Assembly (NCBI GenBank): GCA_951406725.2
Contig: OX597832.1
Location: 59,458,001 to 59,522,000 of the forward strand
Length of the DNA: 64,000 nt
Direction: 5' to 3'
Origin: Octopus vulgaris
Taxonomy: Eukaryota
The notes under the pieces: model-generated
The model's database searches: none
What the model saw: the letters and a program-made list of their open reading frames with translations, nothing else
What the model was told of the DNA's origin: nothing
Made by a program: the position numbers and the translations under genes
In this document: positions 42,733-57,021 of the stretch, piece by piece
Layout of the letters: every line of letters begins with the position of its first letter
Numbering within the stretch: the stretch's first letter is position 1

Positions 42733-43194
42733 TACGCAGAGGCACACACACACACATACGCACAGACACACACACACACGCACACGTAATATTAACACGA
42801 GTAGTACCGTTATAGTGTTAACAGCTTCATTTATATACCTTCCGATTCCCCCCCCCCCGCCATCTCTACGAAGTGTTCGACTCGATGCTAAACTTATGAA
42901 TTGCATTCGCTTGTTTACACAAATTCACCAGATTCGTGCCTAAAGAAGCAGATTAAACGTGTCTTTGTAAATCTGTTGTAATTAATTGTTAATTTCTTCT
43001 CACTCAACATTCAGTGCTAAATACAAAGAGAAGCTCAAACAAAATTTCTTTTTGTTAATCAACTAAAAACGAAACAACACAACAAATTTCACCACTTTTT
43101 TTTCCTCTCTCTCGTCTTCAAACATCGATATTGAAACAAAATATGAGGTTTTCAGTTGGAAATTCGTATTACTGCTTTTGTTGTTATTGTTATT

Positions 43195-43225
<31 letters not shown>

Positions 43226-43394
43226 ATATTTTCTTTTGTAGATTTTTGTATCGATGTCTCTCTATTTATCTCTCCATCTATCTATCGATCACTATATCCT
43301 ATTGTTTATATATTTCGCTCTTTAACATTTAGCTGCTAAGACTAAATTACATTTTTATGTCGGTTTCAGAGCTTTTACACAAACACACATACGC

Positions 43395-43457
<63 letters not shown>

Positions 43458-43459
<2 letters not shown>

Positions 43460-43613
43460 GGTGGGTGTGTGGTAAGTAGCTTGCTTAACTACCGCATGGT
43501 TCCGGGTTTAGTCCCACTGCGTGGCACCTTCGGCAAGTGTCTTGTACTATAGCCTCGCACCAACCAAAGCTTTGTGAGTGGATTTGGTAGACGGAAACTG
43601 AAAGAATCCCGTC

Positions 43614-43647
<34 letters not shown>

Positions 43648-43812
43648 GTGTGTGTATATGTTTGTGTGTCTGTATTTGTCACCCCTCCACCGATGTTGGT
43701 GTGTTTACGTTCCCGTAACCTAGCGATTCGTCAAAACGTGACCGAGCGAATAAGTACTAGGCTTACAAAGAATAAGTCGGTGCTCCAGCATGGCCTCAGT
43801 CAAGATGACTGA
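43458..43812 (+). mobile_element. SINE family A
   Basis: Head and tail blocks shared with 2789-3237. Confidence 0.85.
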
Positions 43813-43819
43813 ATCGAAT

Positions 43820-44140
43820 TGGGGTTTATATTTTGTGATAAAGTATGAATCTTTAGTAAAGCGCTGATTACAGGTAGTATTGTCCCTGAATTGATAGAGG
43901 GAAAAACTCTGAAGCTGGCTAGTTTGGTATTGGCGCAAATGTCGATGTGTTCGCTGAATGTTATTTTTCTGTATTTCCGAATTTTGATTTGGGATCTATG
44001 TAGAGCCATCCTTTGACGTAGACTGTTTGACAGCTTCAGAATTTTTCCCCTCTATCAACTCAGGGACGATGCAACCTGTAGTCAGTGCATTAGTAAAGGC
44101 TCATATTGTATCACAAAATATAAACCCCTTTTGAATGCGT
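43820..44140. pseudogene. Inverted pair of Penelope GIY-YIG C-terminal fragments
   Basis: Minus: LRQRMALHRSQIK..YRKITFSEHIDICA..SFRVF / LYQFRD..YFITKYKP; plus from ~44030: SFRIFPLYQLRD..ITKYKPLLN; homologous to 13190-13400. Confidence 0.8.
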
Positions 44141-44293
44141 CCACAAAAAATGACACTATTCAAAATGGCTGTCGACAAACATCACGCTTGAAACTCAAGA
44201 GTACCGACGAATTTGAATCAAACTGCTTTGGTCTATCCTTACATGTATGTCTGCATGTATGTATGTATGTATGTATGTATGCATGCATGTATG

Positions 44294-44337
<44 letters not shown>

Positions 44338-44621
44338 CATGCATGCATGTATGTATGTACATGCGTACGTACGTACGTATGTAAGTATGTATGTATGTAT
44401 GTATGTATGTATGTATGTATGTATGTATGTATGTGTGTGTGTATGCATGTATTTATGTATGCATGCATGTATGTACATGTATGCATAGGTACAGGCGTGA
44501 CCATGCGATAAGAAGTGTTTATTTTCCAGTCACTTGTTTACATGTCTCTCCTCGACACACGCTTTGTTTCTTCTTTTACCTGGTTTGCAAGATTCTTTAT
44601 GTGAATTTCTGTGTTGAAGCA

Positions 44622-44780
44622 AATTTTGTCATGTCTAGAGAGTGTCATTATGCCAATATCAATTCCACTCCTTTATTCTTTGGATATTTAACTAACTGAC
44701 TAATAGTAAAGGAATGGAATTGAACCAGTGCATGTATTGATAATATTGGCATAATGACCCTCCCAAAACATAACAAAATC
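44622..44780. repeat. Imperfect nested hairpin
   Basis: GTCATTATGCCAATAT/ATATTGGCATAATGAC and CAATTCCA.TCCTTTA/TAAAGGA.TGGAATTG. Confidence 0.75.
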
Positions 44781-46288
44781 TTTCACACTTGTCTTATTCA
44801 GAACAAGAAAGAAATAGCAGAGAAAGTTCAGTTTCTTGTTATTGTATGTCATCACTGCGGCCGGTTTGCCTCTTGGTCAGCGCTGATCGAATGCACCTAT
44901 TGAAAAAGGCATTTCAGCCATAAAACTCACGGCTATGTAAGTTTTTGTTCCCTAATGTGTCCTTCCGATATTTATAATAATGGTACAGTGAAATCTGAGA
45001 ATGTCTGGGTTGCTACATCTCCGACGTCAAGCGACCACGAAGATGCTCTTCTCTTTGTTTAAATATCTTTTGTATTCTTTGGTTATTTGTATCGAAGATT
45101 CCATTTCATATACAACACCGACTCTCTAAACACTGATGGTCCGGAACCTTCTATAATCCGCACTAAGTTATACCAATGCGCAGGTACCTGTAATTCAATT
45201 ACTTATTCAAATAAATTTAGTCTTTGTTTAATTTAGAGAGTGTTAACCAAGGAGACCAACCCTGGTTCGGGAAAATCTGTAATCCAGAAATGCTTTGGAA
45301 CGAAAAATTCCAGAAAATCGATTTCGAACCTATATCTGGAACAAAGCAAAGACATTCTTTTTTCTTTTTGAAACGCTAATGTGATTTTCAGGAGTTTGGT
45401 TACTATTTCTAGCCGGTCGAAAAACACCTAAAATTTCTGTCCCTGGCTAATAACAATCTTTAATATATTAAGTGATGACGATGGTGGTGATGGTGGTGAT
45501 AATGGTGATGGTAGTGGCCTTACTAGTGTTGCTCATTTCGCCAGACTTCTTATCGATCTTACTACAGTAAAAATACATTTTCTCCACTTACTTAGTTGAC
45601 TTTAATGGCAGCTGGAAAACGTCAAACATATTATCGAATATTTATTGTAATAGTTTCATACCCATTAATATCTAATTTAATTCTTTCGTTATTACATTAT
45701 TGAATATGGTCTATTTGTGCAGCAAATTCACTTAGGAGCCTCTTTGACTTTTCACTACAACCTCTTTCCGTGTATCCTTCCACCTCACTCTTTGTCTATC
45801 GCTTCTCTTCTCCATCTTGTCATATATAAATGTATTACGCTTTCTACCTTTCTCTCTCGCGCCCTCCTTCCTTCCATTCTGTCTCTCTTTCTTTCTGGCG
45901 ATCCTGCCCTGTATGCATGTCTCATTATTCCTCACGCCCGTCTCTACTGTATAAGCCCCCTTCTTACTTTCCCTTTCACCTCCTTTCTCTCTTTCACTCT
46001 ATCTCTGTCTCACGTTCTTGCCCTGAACCACATGCCTCTAGCTCAAATTCTCTCTCTCTTTTGCTTTTACCATATATACCCCTCCCACTCCATCTCTTCT
46101 CCTCTCTCTCTCGTTCTAGCCCTGTATGCATGTCGTTTTACTTCTCACACACATCCTCACTGTAAATGCCCCCTATTCCTCTCCTACGGTCTTGTTCTGT
46201 ACAGCACGTCTCTGTCACAAATTCCTTCTTACTCTCGTCCTCGCCGTATATAATCTCTCTCTCTCGTGCTCTCTCTCTCTCCATGTCT

Positions 46289-46359
<71 letters not shown>

Positions 46360-46735
46360 CATAAATGCATTGTAGTGATATGAAATTCATATACGAAAAT
46401 TGTGTCGTTAAGCATGCCCTTGTGATTATAGACAGAATCAACTACCCAAACACTTCACACACACACACACACACAGAGAGAGAAACACACACTCACACAC
46501 TGCATCATATTAGTGCGTTACAGAAGAACTTAATAACAGTAAATCATTATAGACTATTTGTTGAGTGAATGACCGCAGTAACTCGGTGTATGTATGACCT
46601 TATCGTATATGAATGTCGAAACGTAATATCTAATGTTTGCATTTGGAGATACAGTATGAAGAGCAGCATATATTCCTGATTCTTTTCTATAGATGCCTCG
46701 AAGTTTTCGCCTTATCTCTGTTTCTGTCTGTTTGC

Positions 46736-46847
<112 letters not shown>

Positions 46848-46895
46848 TATACATATATATACATATATATATATGTACATATATATATATATATA

Positions 46896-47051
<156 letters not shown>

Positions 47052-47124
47052 ATATATATGTATGTATGATTGATTGATTGATTCTAGTTTCAGCTCATGA
47101 GCTGTGGCCATGCTGGGGCACCGT

Positions 47125-47152
<28 letters not shown>

Positions 47153-47155
<3 letters not shown>

Positions 47156-47315
47156 CGTCCGTCTATATGTTCTGAGTTCAAATTCCGTGAGGTCGAGTTT
47201 GCCATTCATCCTTTCGGGGTCGAAAAAAATAAGTACCAATTGAACACTGAGGTCGATGTAATCGACTTACTCCCACCCCTTAAGTTGCTGGCCTTGTACC
47301 AAAATTTAAAACCAG
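47153..47315 (+). mobile_element. SINE family B
   Basis: TTCTGAGTTCAAATTCCG...CATCCTTTCGGGGTCGA. Confidence 0.8.
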
Positions 47316-48455
47316 TATATACATACATACACACACAAACACACACACACATACATGTATATATACATATATAACATATACACTCAAACATACATACATA
47401 AATAATTTATATTTAACTGAAGTAACAAAGTGATTCAAGGTCTGATAGTTTCGTGCGTTGGCACGTAACGCACCCAGCTCTTGGACCTTAAGCCACTCTG
47501 TTATTTCTGCGAAATATTAACAAAAACATACATATACTCATATTGTAAGTTCTATTTTTTCCTGTTTGCACCAATATACTTTAGGCACGTATGGAGGCGC
47601 GAGGCTTTGTTGTGAGAGAATTACAATCATGATCGTGATCTTGTGGTTTCAATACCTGGGCTGGATGATATCTTGTGCCCTTGAGTGAAAGACATCCTGT
47701 CACGTTGTTCCAGTCCATTGAACTGGGAAACACGATCAATCCTACGATGGAACAGCGTTCCGTCCAGTGGTACATGGAAATAATATATGCAATAAAGAAT
47801 TCAGGTGTATGCTCCTATGAACTTACACTTCGGGAAGGAAATGTAGTGGTCTACGTAGCTAAATAGTTGAATGATCTCCCTTGCAAGAAACATTATAGAG
47901 TAACCTCCCTTTTCTAAGTGTCTCGAAGCATCCGTGTCATGAGACGTGATTCTTAATTATTCAAGAAGCTTAGCACTTCTCTTCGAAGTTTCTAGAATGC
48001 CTAACGTTCTATTAATAAAACCATCTTGCTAACCTTGCTCTTCGCGTCTTAGTCGATTAGATATAGAGACATTCATGTCATTGCTATGTCCGTCTATTTC
48101 CCTACGCAACATGACTGAAAGCCACCACTTAGCTGTTATTTCTACGTTTTCTATCTCTGAACTTTCTTGCATAGATCACATCATTCAACTAGATTCAACA
48201 TTTTGATTCTATGTATCATCATCGAGCAGTAAATAAAAAAAAGTTATTTATAAGTAGTAAATATGTAAGTCTTGAATTTATTCTTCATCTCTTTATGAAC
48301 TATTGTAATAACATACACGCAGTCACATCAACACATTGTACTGACTATATATTTCCACTACAGAACTTTGATCCTTATATACGTATGTGTGTGTGTGTAT
48401 GTGTGTGCGTTATGTTCAACGGAAACAGTATGAGATTAAAATAGTAGTCTCTCTA

Positions 48456-48493
<38 letters not shown>

Positions 48494-48905
48494 TTTTGCT
48501 CTTTTACTCTTTTATTTGTTTCAGTCATTTCTTTGTAAGCCTGGTGCTTATTCTGTCGTTATCTTCTGCAGAACCGCTAAGTTACGGGGACGTAAACACA
48601 CCAACATCGGTTGTCAAGTGATGGCCGTGTGGGGACAAACACAGACACAGACACATGCACATAAATATATAGAAATACGATCCTTACGACAATCATCTTG
48701 TGCTTCTAGCTGCTTGTATAAACCAGGCATTTCCCTGGCATGCTTTACACGGAGTATCAGATGGTTGCTCTCCTCGTAGCTGGTTGTTAGCAGGGTCGTA
48801 ACATATATTTTTCAGGGGCTACTGACCTCTACTAATTCTTACTCAACCATTATAACTCTCCCAATATCATTCGTCATAAATCGTACGCTATACACGACAA
48901 CAGTA

Positions 48906-48994
48906 TACACTCCTGCATCACATTTTACCGATATTGAACCAGTGTCCGTAACGGACACTGGTTCAATATCGGTAAAATGTGATGCAGGAGTGTA
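48906..48994. repeat. Perfect 44 bp-arm palindrome with 1 nt spacer, TA-bounded (possible minimal Tc1/mariner MITE)
   Basis: TACACTCCTGCATCACATTTTACCGATATTGAACCAGTGTCCGT-A-exact reverse complement. Confidence 0.9.
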
Positions 48995-50075
48995 ACCTGC
49001 TTCTCCAGGGAGAGTCGCCTTCTGTCTGGTTTCATATTAAGCACTATTCAGATGACCAAGGGATACTCTGTGAAACAATGGACACATTTTCACTTGTTTA
49101 ACATGCGTATTTTCAAAAATCTGTTATGTGACCGTCTTTTTGTTTCTGGGTGCTTTGCGAATCTCGTTTGTTCTCTGGGGAAACTCAGTTCGTATCGGGG
49201 GCGAAGGGCGGGGGTTGACCGGTTGATAAATGATGCGATGAGCAATATCACTAGTATGGTAGATGATAGCAATTGGTAGTACTTATACTTTGTATGGTAG
49301 TACTTATACTTTGGAGCATCGCATATCTTCGGAATGGCAATAAATATGGCCCTTGTTATAGTTTGCTGTACTAAAAAAAAACAAAAGCGTAAAGGAACAG
49401 GCGCACATTTTCAACAACGCCAGGAGCATATCTGTTGGCATGTTATCTACAACCGTTTAATAGATATACACACGCATACATACCCTCATGTACATATAAC
49501 GCTACATAGGATGTGTCTGCAACTATTATGCACACATAGCGAGAGAGGCAGAACTAGAGGCAATGGCACTCACGCTCTTCAAACGAAATTATACTCCTAA
49601 AGGACGTAAAAACTGGTCCTCGAATGTATACACAACAATCTCTCCAAGGAATTTTTCATCATCCAACACTGTTAATATATGCATATGCACATTTCTCATA
49701 CATGCAACTTCCCTGCTTCATCCACACGCATGCACATACGTATTTATCACGTACTGCTGGAATGCATTCAATGTAGAGAACTGTATATAAACATGGAAGA
49801 CTTTCGACGTGGGGAAATATTTTTTTATATGTTCAAATGCTAGAGTTTATCAACTAAACAAGAAGAGAAAACTCAACAGGGTATATTGTGCATTTCAACT
49901 GAATTCTCTTTCTCATGTCTCCATTTTAAAACCGCATTGCCTCAAAAGCCGTTGGAAGTAGTAATTCACTAACTAACTGACTGACTAACTACTAACTTAT
50001 TAATTAACTAAATAAACGAATACTTATCTAAAGAAATATATAACCAACAAATAAACTAATTATATTATATATATA

Positions 50076-50135
<60 letters not shown>

Positions 50136-50150
50136 AGAGTAGATAGAAAG

Positions 50151-50185
<35 letters not shown>

Positions 50186-50408
50186 TGTATGTATGTATGT
50201 ATGTATGTATGTATGTATGTTTGTATGTATGTATGTATCTGCAGCTCTTGGAGGTCCAAATCGGATGTGCAATATATGTGGGTGTCTTTTCAGAACATTG
50301 TCTGGTTTAAAAAAACCATATCAGATGCCATGATGGGGCTAAGGTGTAAGCCGAAGAGATGGTCAGATTCTGTATAAGGAGTGGACAACCACCATCTGTA
50401 TGGATATG

Positions 50409-50539
<131 letters not shown>

Positions 50540-51529
50540 GTCAGAGAGAAGGAAGCAGACAGAAAGCTGCATATATATTAATTGGTACTTCAGGAAACGC
50601 GCCCACAGAATTCGTCATAGATACACATCAAAAGCAAGATACATCTATGTACTAAAAATATCATATCTACCATTCCGGTTGCAAAAATGTAAGAAAATTC
50701 CAAGCAGAAGCAAAAAAAAAAATTGAAAGAAAAATGATAACCAATGCGCGCTTTACACGATGAGTTAGTTCCTTGATAAAGTAATAGACGAAAAAAATTT
50801 AATAAAAGAGAACGTCTGTAAACCTTTTACAGAATCGCAGAACAATAAACTGGTAAAGATTTCAGAATGGCATCAGGAAGTATAAATTCTTTTGCTTTAG
50901 TTTTTCTGCGAACTATGTGAATCCTCAATAACAAACTCCAGATTCCGACAATATTCAAAAGGAAAAAATAAGTGAAGATAAACATTGTGAAATTGTTTCT
51001 TTCAACCCGTGAGAAATTTAGACGTTAGCTGCGAGAGAATTCCATTTTCTTTTTACAAGCCCGAAAACATTATTAACAGTTCACTCACCAAAATAATCAT
51101 CACTGACACGGATATATTCGGCTCTGTTAGATGCCTTCAACCGAATTCTGCGACCAGATGGTACTCCATCCATCTGTTTAGCAGTACAAAAAAATATTTA
51201 GAATTATTCCTGAAAGTCTTCGAGACTTTGGGAAACTGCCAACTGTGGTGGAAGAAGCAATCATCGCCTCAGTGTACATAAGAAAAACAGGGTGCAAAAG
51301 AGTAATTACAGAGCCTTCGCTCTCACGTTGTACGAGAACTCCTATCAGTTCGACTTGCTAGAAAACATAGTTATATACGCCTTTAAATCATACAATAACG
51401 TTCTTAATAAAAAAAAAGTGGAGGTTTTCGTTAGATTAGTCGGTTCATGATGTAATATGTCCGAAAGAAGAGAGGATGTATTTCCTTGCAACATATTTAC
51501 TGATAGATTTGACTGATAATGGATGATCT

Positions 51530-51990
51530 ATATATTATCGACCACAGTAAATTTTGACGAAGGCGTCTGGTCGGTTATAAGACCCCAATACTTGAGTGAC
51601 ACTTATTTTATCGACCCCGAAAAGCAAAGTCAGCCTCGGCAGAATATGAACTCAGATCGCAAAGACAGACGAATTGCCATTAAGCATTTTGGCCGACGTG
51701 CAAACGATACTTTTCTATTCTAGACACAAGGCCCGATATTTTAGGGGAGGGGGCCAGTAGATTAAATCGACCCCTGTACACAAATTGTACTTAATTTATC
51801 GACTCCAAAAGGATGAAAGGCAAAGTCGACCTTCGCATAATTTGAACTCAGAACGTAAAGACAGATGAAATACCTATTTCTTTACTACACACAAGGGGCT
51901 AAACACAGAGGGGACAAACAAGGACAGTCAAACGGATTAAGTCGATTAAATCGACCCCAGTGCGTAACTGGTATTTAATTTATCGACCCC
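51530..51990 (-). mobile_element. Tandem cluster of SINE family B copies
   Basis: TTTATCGAC block occurs three times; GCAAAGTC and GAACTCAGA blocks twice. Confidence 0.8.
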
Positions 51991-52155
51991 ATGGCACCTA
52001 CGACATCAGGTATTGTTTTAGTCTTCAGGTTCCACATTTTGCTAATTTCTATTTCAATATCTTTATACTTGCTCAGGATTTGGTAGGTCTTAACAGATAC
52101 GTTTATATCGATTTGGACAGTCATATAAATGAGGAGGCATGGTTTTTGTCTGAAA
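51987..52155 (-). pseudogene. Fragment of the same R4/Dong endonuclease as 61470-61640
   Basis: Near-identical DNA, e.g. CAGGTATTGTTTTAGTCTTCAG.TTCCACATTTTGCT and ACAGATACGTTTATATCGATT. Confidence 0.88.
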
Positions 52156-52157
52156 TT

Positions 52158-52189
<32 letters not shown>

Positions 52190-52209
52190 TATTATTATTA
52201 TTATTATTA

Positions 52210-52702
52210 TTGAGTGAGAGAGCAGTTCATGCCATCAAAATGACACTGGGGTAAAATATACAAAGCCCAGTATACCCATCATGACTACCCGTCTAATAAG
52301 GGTACACCAGGCACATGCATCACAACCATATGTGCGTGACATGGTGATCTCATATCAAGATAAACAGCACATGACCTTGCAGGTGGGGCCCAGTTAGAAT
52401 TTTTTTCAGGTTGAGTAGCCCATCCCACTCAAACGGTCCCTGAATAAGGGTTGTTTAAGGATGTTGAAAAAACCACCCATGTTTCCAGAGGTGAATTATT
52501 CAAACCCCAAAGAATCCCTCTCAACACATGGCTATGATGCTCCCCCACTACTTCTGCTTGTGATCAGAGATGCACATATCGTCAGCCACTAAGGGACATG
52601 CTCAACTGGTTAAGGTCAAACAACTGACAAGCACATCTGTGGTATTGAGCAGAATATTTGCTGTAGCCCATCTTTTATACCAGACAAAACAATGTACATG
52701 AT
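52210..52702. mobile_element. Repeat family C, longest copy
   Basis: Follows (ATT)n; overlaps 11753 (AAAACAATGTACATGAT), which completes a ~550 bp consensus. Confidence 0.9.
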
Positions 52703-53736
52703 GTCTCAGCTCAAGGGCTGTAGCTATGCTGGAGCACTGACAACTGTTGTAGTAAAACCCTTATTAATATAATGTAATATAATGTATAATACTAAGGGTA
52801 ATTTATAATATTATATTTACTATAAGATCATATTTCAATTCAATTCAATTTTTATTGGCTCAAAAAGCAAAAGCAAGGCCATGTATGGGGACAGGGAGTG
52901 ATGTACATGATATATAATATAATATATTATATAATATACGTGTATATATGCATACACTTATATCCATATGTATACATATAAATATATGTGTTTAGGTATG
53001 TGTGTGCAAATGTATTTATATACTTTATATACATATATGTATATGTGTGTGTGTGTGCCTGTATGTCTGCATATATATGTATGTATTTATTTATGTAAGT
53101 ATATATGTATGCTAAGACTAGATGATCATAAATGGAACGTCTTCTATTATAGCTCTGCTCCATAATCAGAGTTGACCTTGGAATATATAACAACAACAAC
53201 AACAACAGTCTAACAAAATGACTAATTTCGCTTCCAGTTTCCCACCCCTGTTTTATGTGAAGTAATTCCATGTGTAATGGCCGCCATTACACGCAGCCTA
53301 TCGCAGTGCGGACCGCAAAAATTTCGTCCCATCCTAAGTCAATAAAAACCAAGGAAACACTCATTAATGGAATGCCTTTGCAGACGCGGAATACATTTGT
53401 TGTCATGGAAACAGACAATCCTCCAAACATTTCGTAATGTAATTTCCTCGATCTGTTCTCTCGTCTGTACGTGCTTCGTCAATTGTTACGTATATAGAAA
53501 TGTATGAATGAACGCGTATGTATGTATGTATGTATGTGTTTGTGTATGTGTGTGTGTGTGTGCGTGTATTGTGTTTGCTGCGTATTCATGTCAGCGTGAC
53601 TTAATTGTTCTAATTGATTATTAGGCAGATCGATAATATGCGTAGAACGTGTATATGCATATCGACACAATCATATTTCTTTCTCTATTTCATTCTTTTT
53701 CACTCTCCAACCTTCCCTTTGTCGTTCACTCCCATC

Positions 53737-53801
<65 letters not shown>

Positions 53802-53857
53802 TGCATACTTATGCATATCTATACATGTGTGTATGTAGATATATATATATTTGTGTG

Positions 53858-53914
<57 letters not shown>

Positions 53915-53931
53915 GTATATATATATATACC

Positions 53932-53981
<50 letters not shown>

Positions 53982-54303
53982 CGTATTGACATATAGCATA
54001 TGTGTATATGCATAAATACATCTACATAGATACATACATACAAAAATACGCACAAACACACACACACACAGACACACATACACACATATATGTATATGTG
54101 TATGTATGTATGTATATACATACAGATACCCGTGTGGGTATGTTTGTTTCCATGACATGTGTGAGTCTGTGTGTGTGCAGCTGATGCACCATGCTGTTAA
54201 CGGAGACAGAAGACCAGACATCACAAGCACAGAACGGCATAAACAGGCTCATATATCTTACCGTCTCTTCAAGTCTCTACTCCAATGGACAATACACACA
54301 TAC

Positions 54304-54397
<94 letters not shown>

Positions 54398-54827
54398 GCA
54401 CACACAGGCACAGGCACACACACACACAAACATATTTCTGCTACTCCATTATAACTAGTTTCAGAATAAAATTTCTGTATGTATAACAACGGATAATTTG
54501 TAGTTACAGCGATTGAATCGTCGGCTAAGAGCCGACACTACGAACTCACCTCCAGTGTTCATACGTCGAGAGAGAGACAAATATCTACATATAATTATAC
54601 CATTTGCAGTGGATGCTCGCCTCTCGCCGCATTAAGATGAGTTATTTCACAGAGTTTGTGATTAGTTTATTTGGACATTTACATACGTTGAGTTACGAGA
54701 TATAATTTGAAGAGAAAACCAGGAAACATGTTGTTGACTTTATAACTTTCTTCTGGGTCTCAACGATTATATGCCTGTATGAATACGTGTGTGTATATAT
54801 ATATATGTGTGTATGCATGAATGTATA

Positions 54828-54937
<110 letters not shown>

Positions 54938-54974
54938 TTATATACGGATATATATACATATATATGTATGTATG

Positions 54975-55022
<48 letters not shown>

Positions 55023-55023
55023 T

Positions 55024-55061
<38 letters not shown>

Positions 55062-55453
55062 GCATATCACTTTATAGGTATAAATGTTCACATGCGTATA
55101 TGTACGTACATTTAATTTGGTGAATATTTAATATGTCGCTTTTGCACTATGTATATACATCTATAATTATATATATGTATGCGTGTATATATGTGTGCAT
55201 ATACATATACGTATACTCGTAAAAATATGCATATACACGAATATATGTTTACATACATTCACACATATACATACATACATACACACACATGTATGTTTAT
55301 ATATGTGTGTATGTGTAGTATATGCCTATATAATATGTACATACGTGTATATATGTGTGTATACCTATATAAATATATGAAAGAATGTATTTGTGTGTGC
55401 TTATATCTGCGAATATAAATGTTTGTCTATGTGTGTCTGCGCGTCTGTGTGTG

Positions 55454-55508
<55 letters not shown>

Positions 55509-55761
55509 ATGTGTGTTCCTCCTGGGTCGATGAAATATAATAACAATGAAATAGTGATGTCGGTGTAATCGACTGAACCCCTCCTCTTAAAATAGGAGGC
55601 TTCTAACGAAATTATAAACCATCATTAACTTCATCATCATCATCATCATCATCACCATCGTCGTCTTCGTTGTCGACGTCATAACCTTTGTCGTAATCAT
55701 TGTCATTGTCATTAGAATTAATATTAACGCTAGTTCGCCCGTCTCTACAATCTGAGTACAA

Positions 55762-55977
55762 AAAGGCAGCGAGGTGGCAGAAACGTTAGCACGCCGGACG
55801 AAATGCTTAGCGGCATTTCGTCCGTCCTTACGGGCTGATTTCAAATTCCGCAGAGGCCCACATTGCTTTTCATCCATTAAATAAGTACCAGTTACACAGT
55901 GAATTCAATGAAATTGACTTACTCCCTTCCCCCAAATTTGAGGCCTTGTGCTTCCAGTAGAAAGGATTCTATATGAA

Positions 55978-56011
<34 letters not shown>

Positions 56012-56952
56012 CAAGGTGGGGAGCGGGCAGAATCATTAGCATGGTGGGCAAAATGCTTCACGGCATTTCGTCCGTTCTTACTGTCTGATTTCAAATTTGG
56101 CAGAGGTCGACTTTGCCTTTCATCCTTTCGGGGTCGATAAATTCAGTAACAGTTGTGTACTGGGGTCGATGTAAAAGATTATTAACTAGACACATGCCTC
56201 GCATCCATATGTGCGCAACAATGTGATCGCAGATCAAGATTTACAGGGCATGACCTTGCAGGTGGGGCCCAGATAGAATTTTGGTGGAGTAGCCCATACC
56301 ACTCAAAAGGTCGCTGAATAAAGGCTTGTTTAAGGATGTTGAACGAAATACCCATGTTTCCAAAGGTGAATTATACAAAAACCCAAAGAATTCCTCTCAA
56401 CACATGGCTATGATGCTCCTCCAGTTCTTCTACGCGTGATCAGAGATGCACATATCGTCAGCAATATTGAGGAGGCTTAGAAAGAATAAGTCCAGGAGTT
56501 GATTTATTCGACCAAATGTAGTGCTCCTGCATGGCCGCAGTCAGCAATTTCTGGAACTCTGGGGTCGATTCCATCGATCACAGTGTTCAGCTGGTACTTG
56601 TCTCATCGACCTCGTAAAAATGGAAGGCAAAACTTTGAGCTCGGCGGAATTTGAACTCAGAACCCAACGCCGGACAAAATGCCGCTAAGCATTTTACCCG
56701 GCGCGGTAACGATTCCGTCACCTCGCTGCCTTACTGATTTCACATTTTGGCATAAGGCCAGCAAGTTCTGACGAGAGGGTAAGTTGATTAAATCGACCTC
56801 AGTATTCAACTGGTACTTGTTTCCTCGACTTAAATATAATGAAAAGCAAAATATCGTACTCGGCGAAATTTGACCCCAAAACGTAAAGACGGACGAAATA
56901 TCGCTAAGCATTTCGTCCGGCGCTGTAACAATTTCACCTGGCGGCCGCCTTA
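55762..56952. mobile_element. Nest of SINE B copies (+55762-55970, +56014-56175, -56555-56732, -56735-56952) with a family C piece (56187-56462)
   Basis: Shared family blocks in both orientations. Confidence 0.8.
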
Positions 56953-57021
56953 TTGGTGGAATTATTTAATATTCTTAAACAAAATGCGTAGGAGTGGCTG
57001 TGTGGTAAGTAGCCTGCTTAC

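Noticed and set aside
48715-48800. GCT-CTCCTCGT-AGC resembling an HDV ribozyme P3/L3
   Set aside because: I could not assemble convincing P1.1, P2 and P4 pairings by eye
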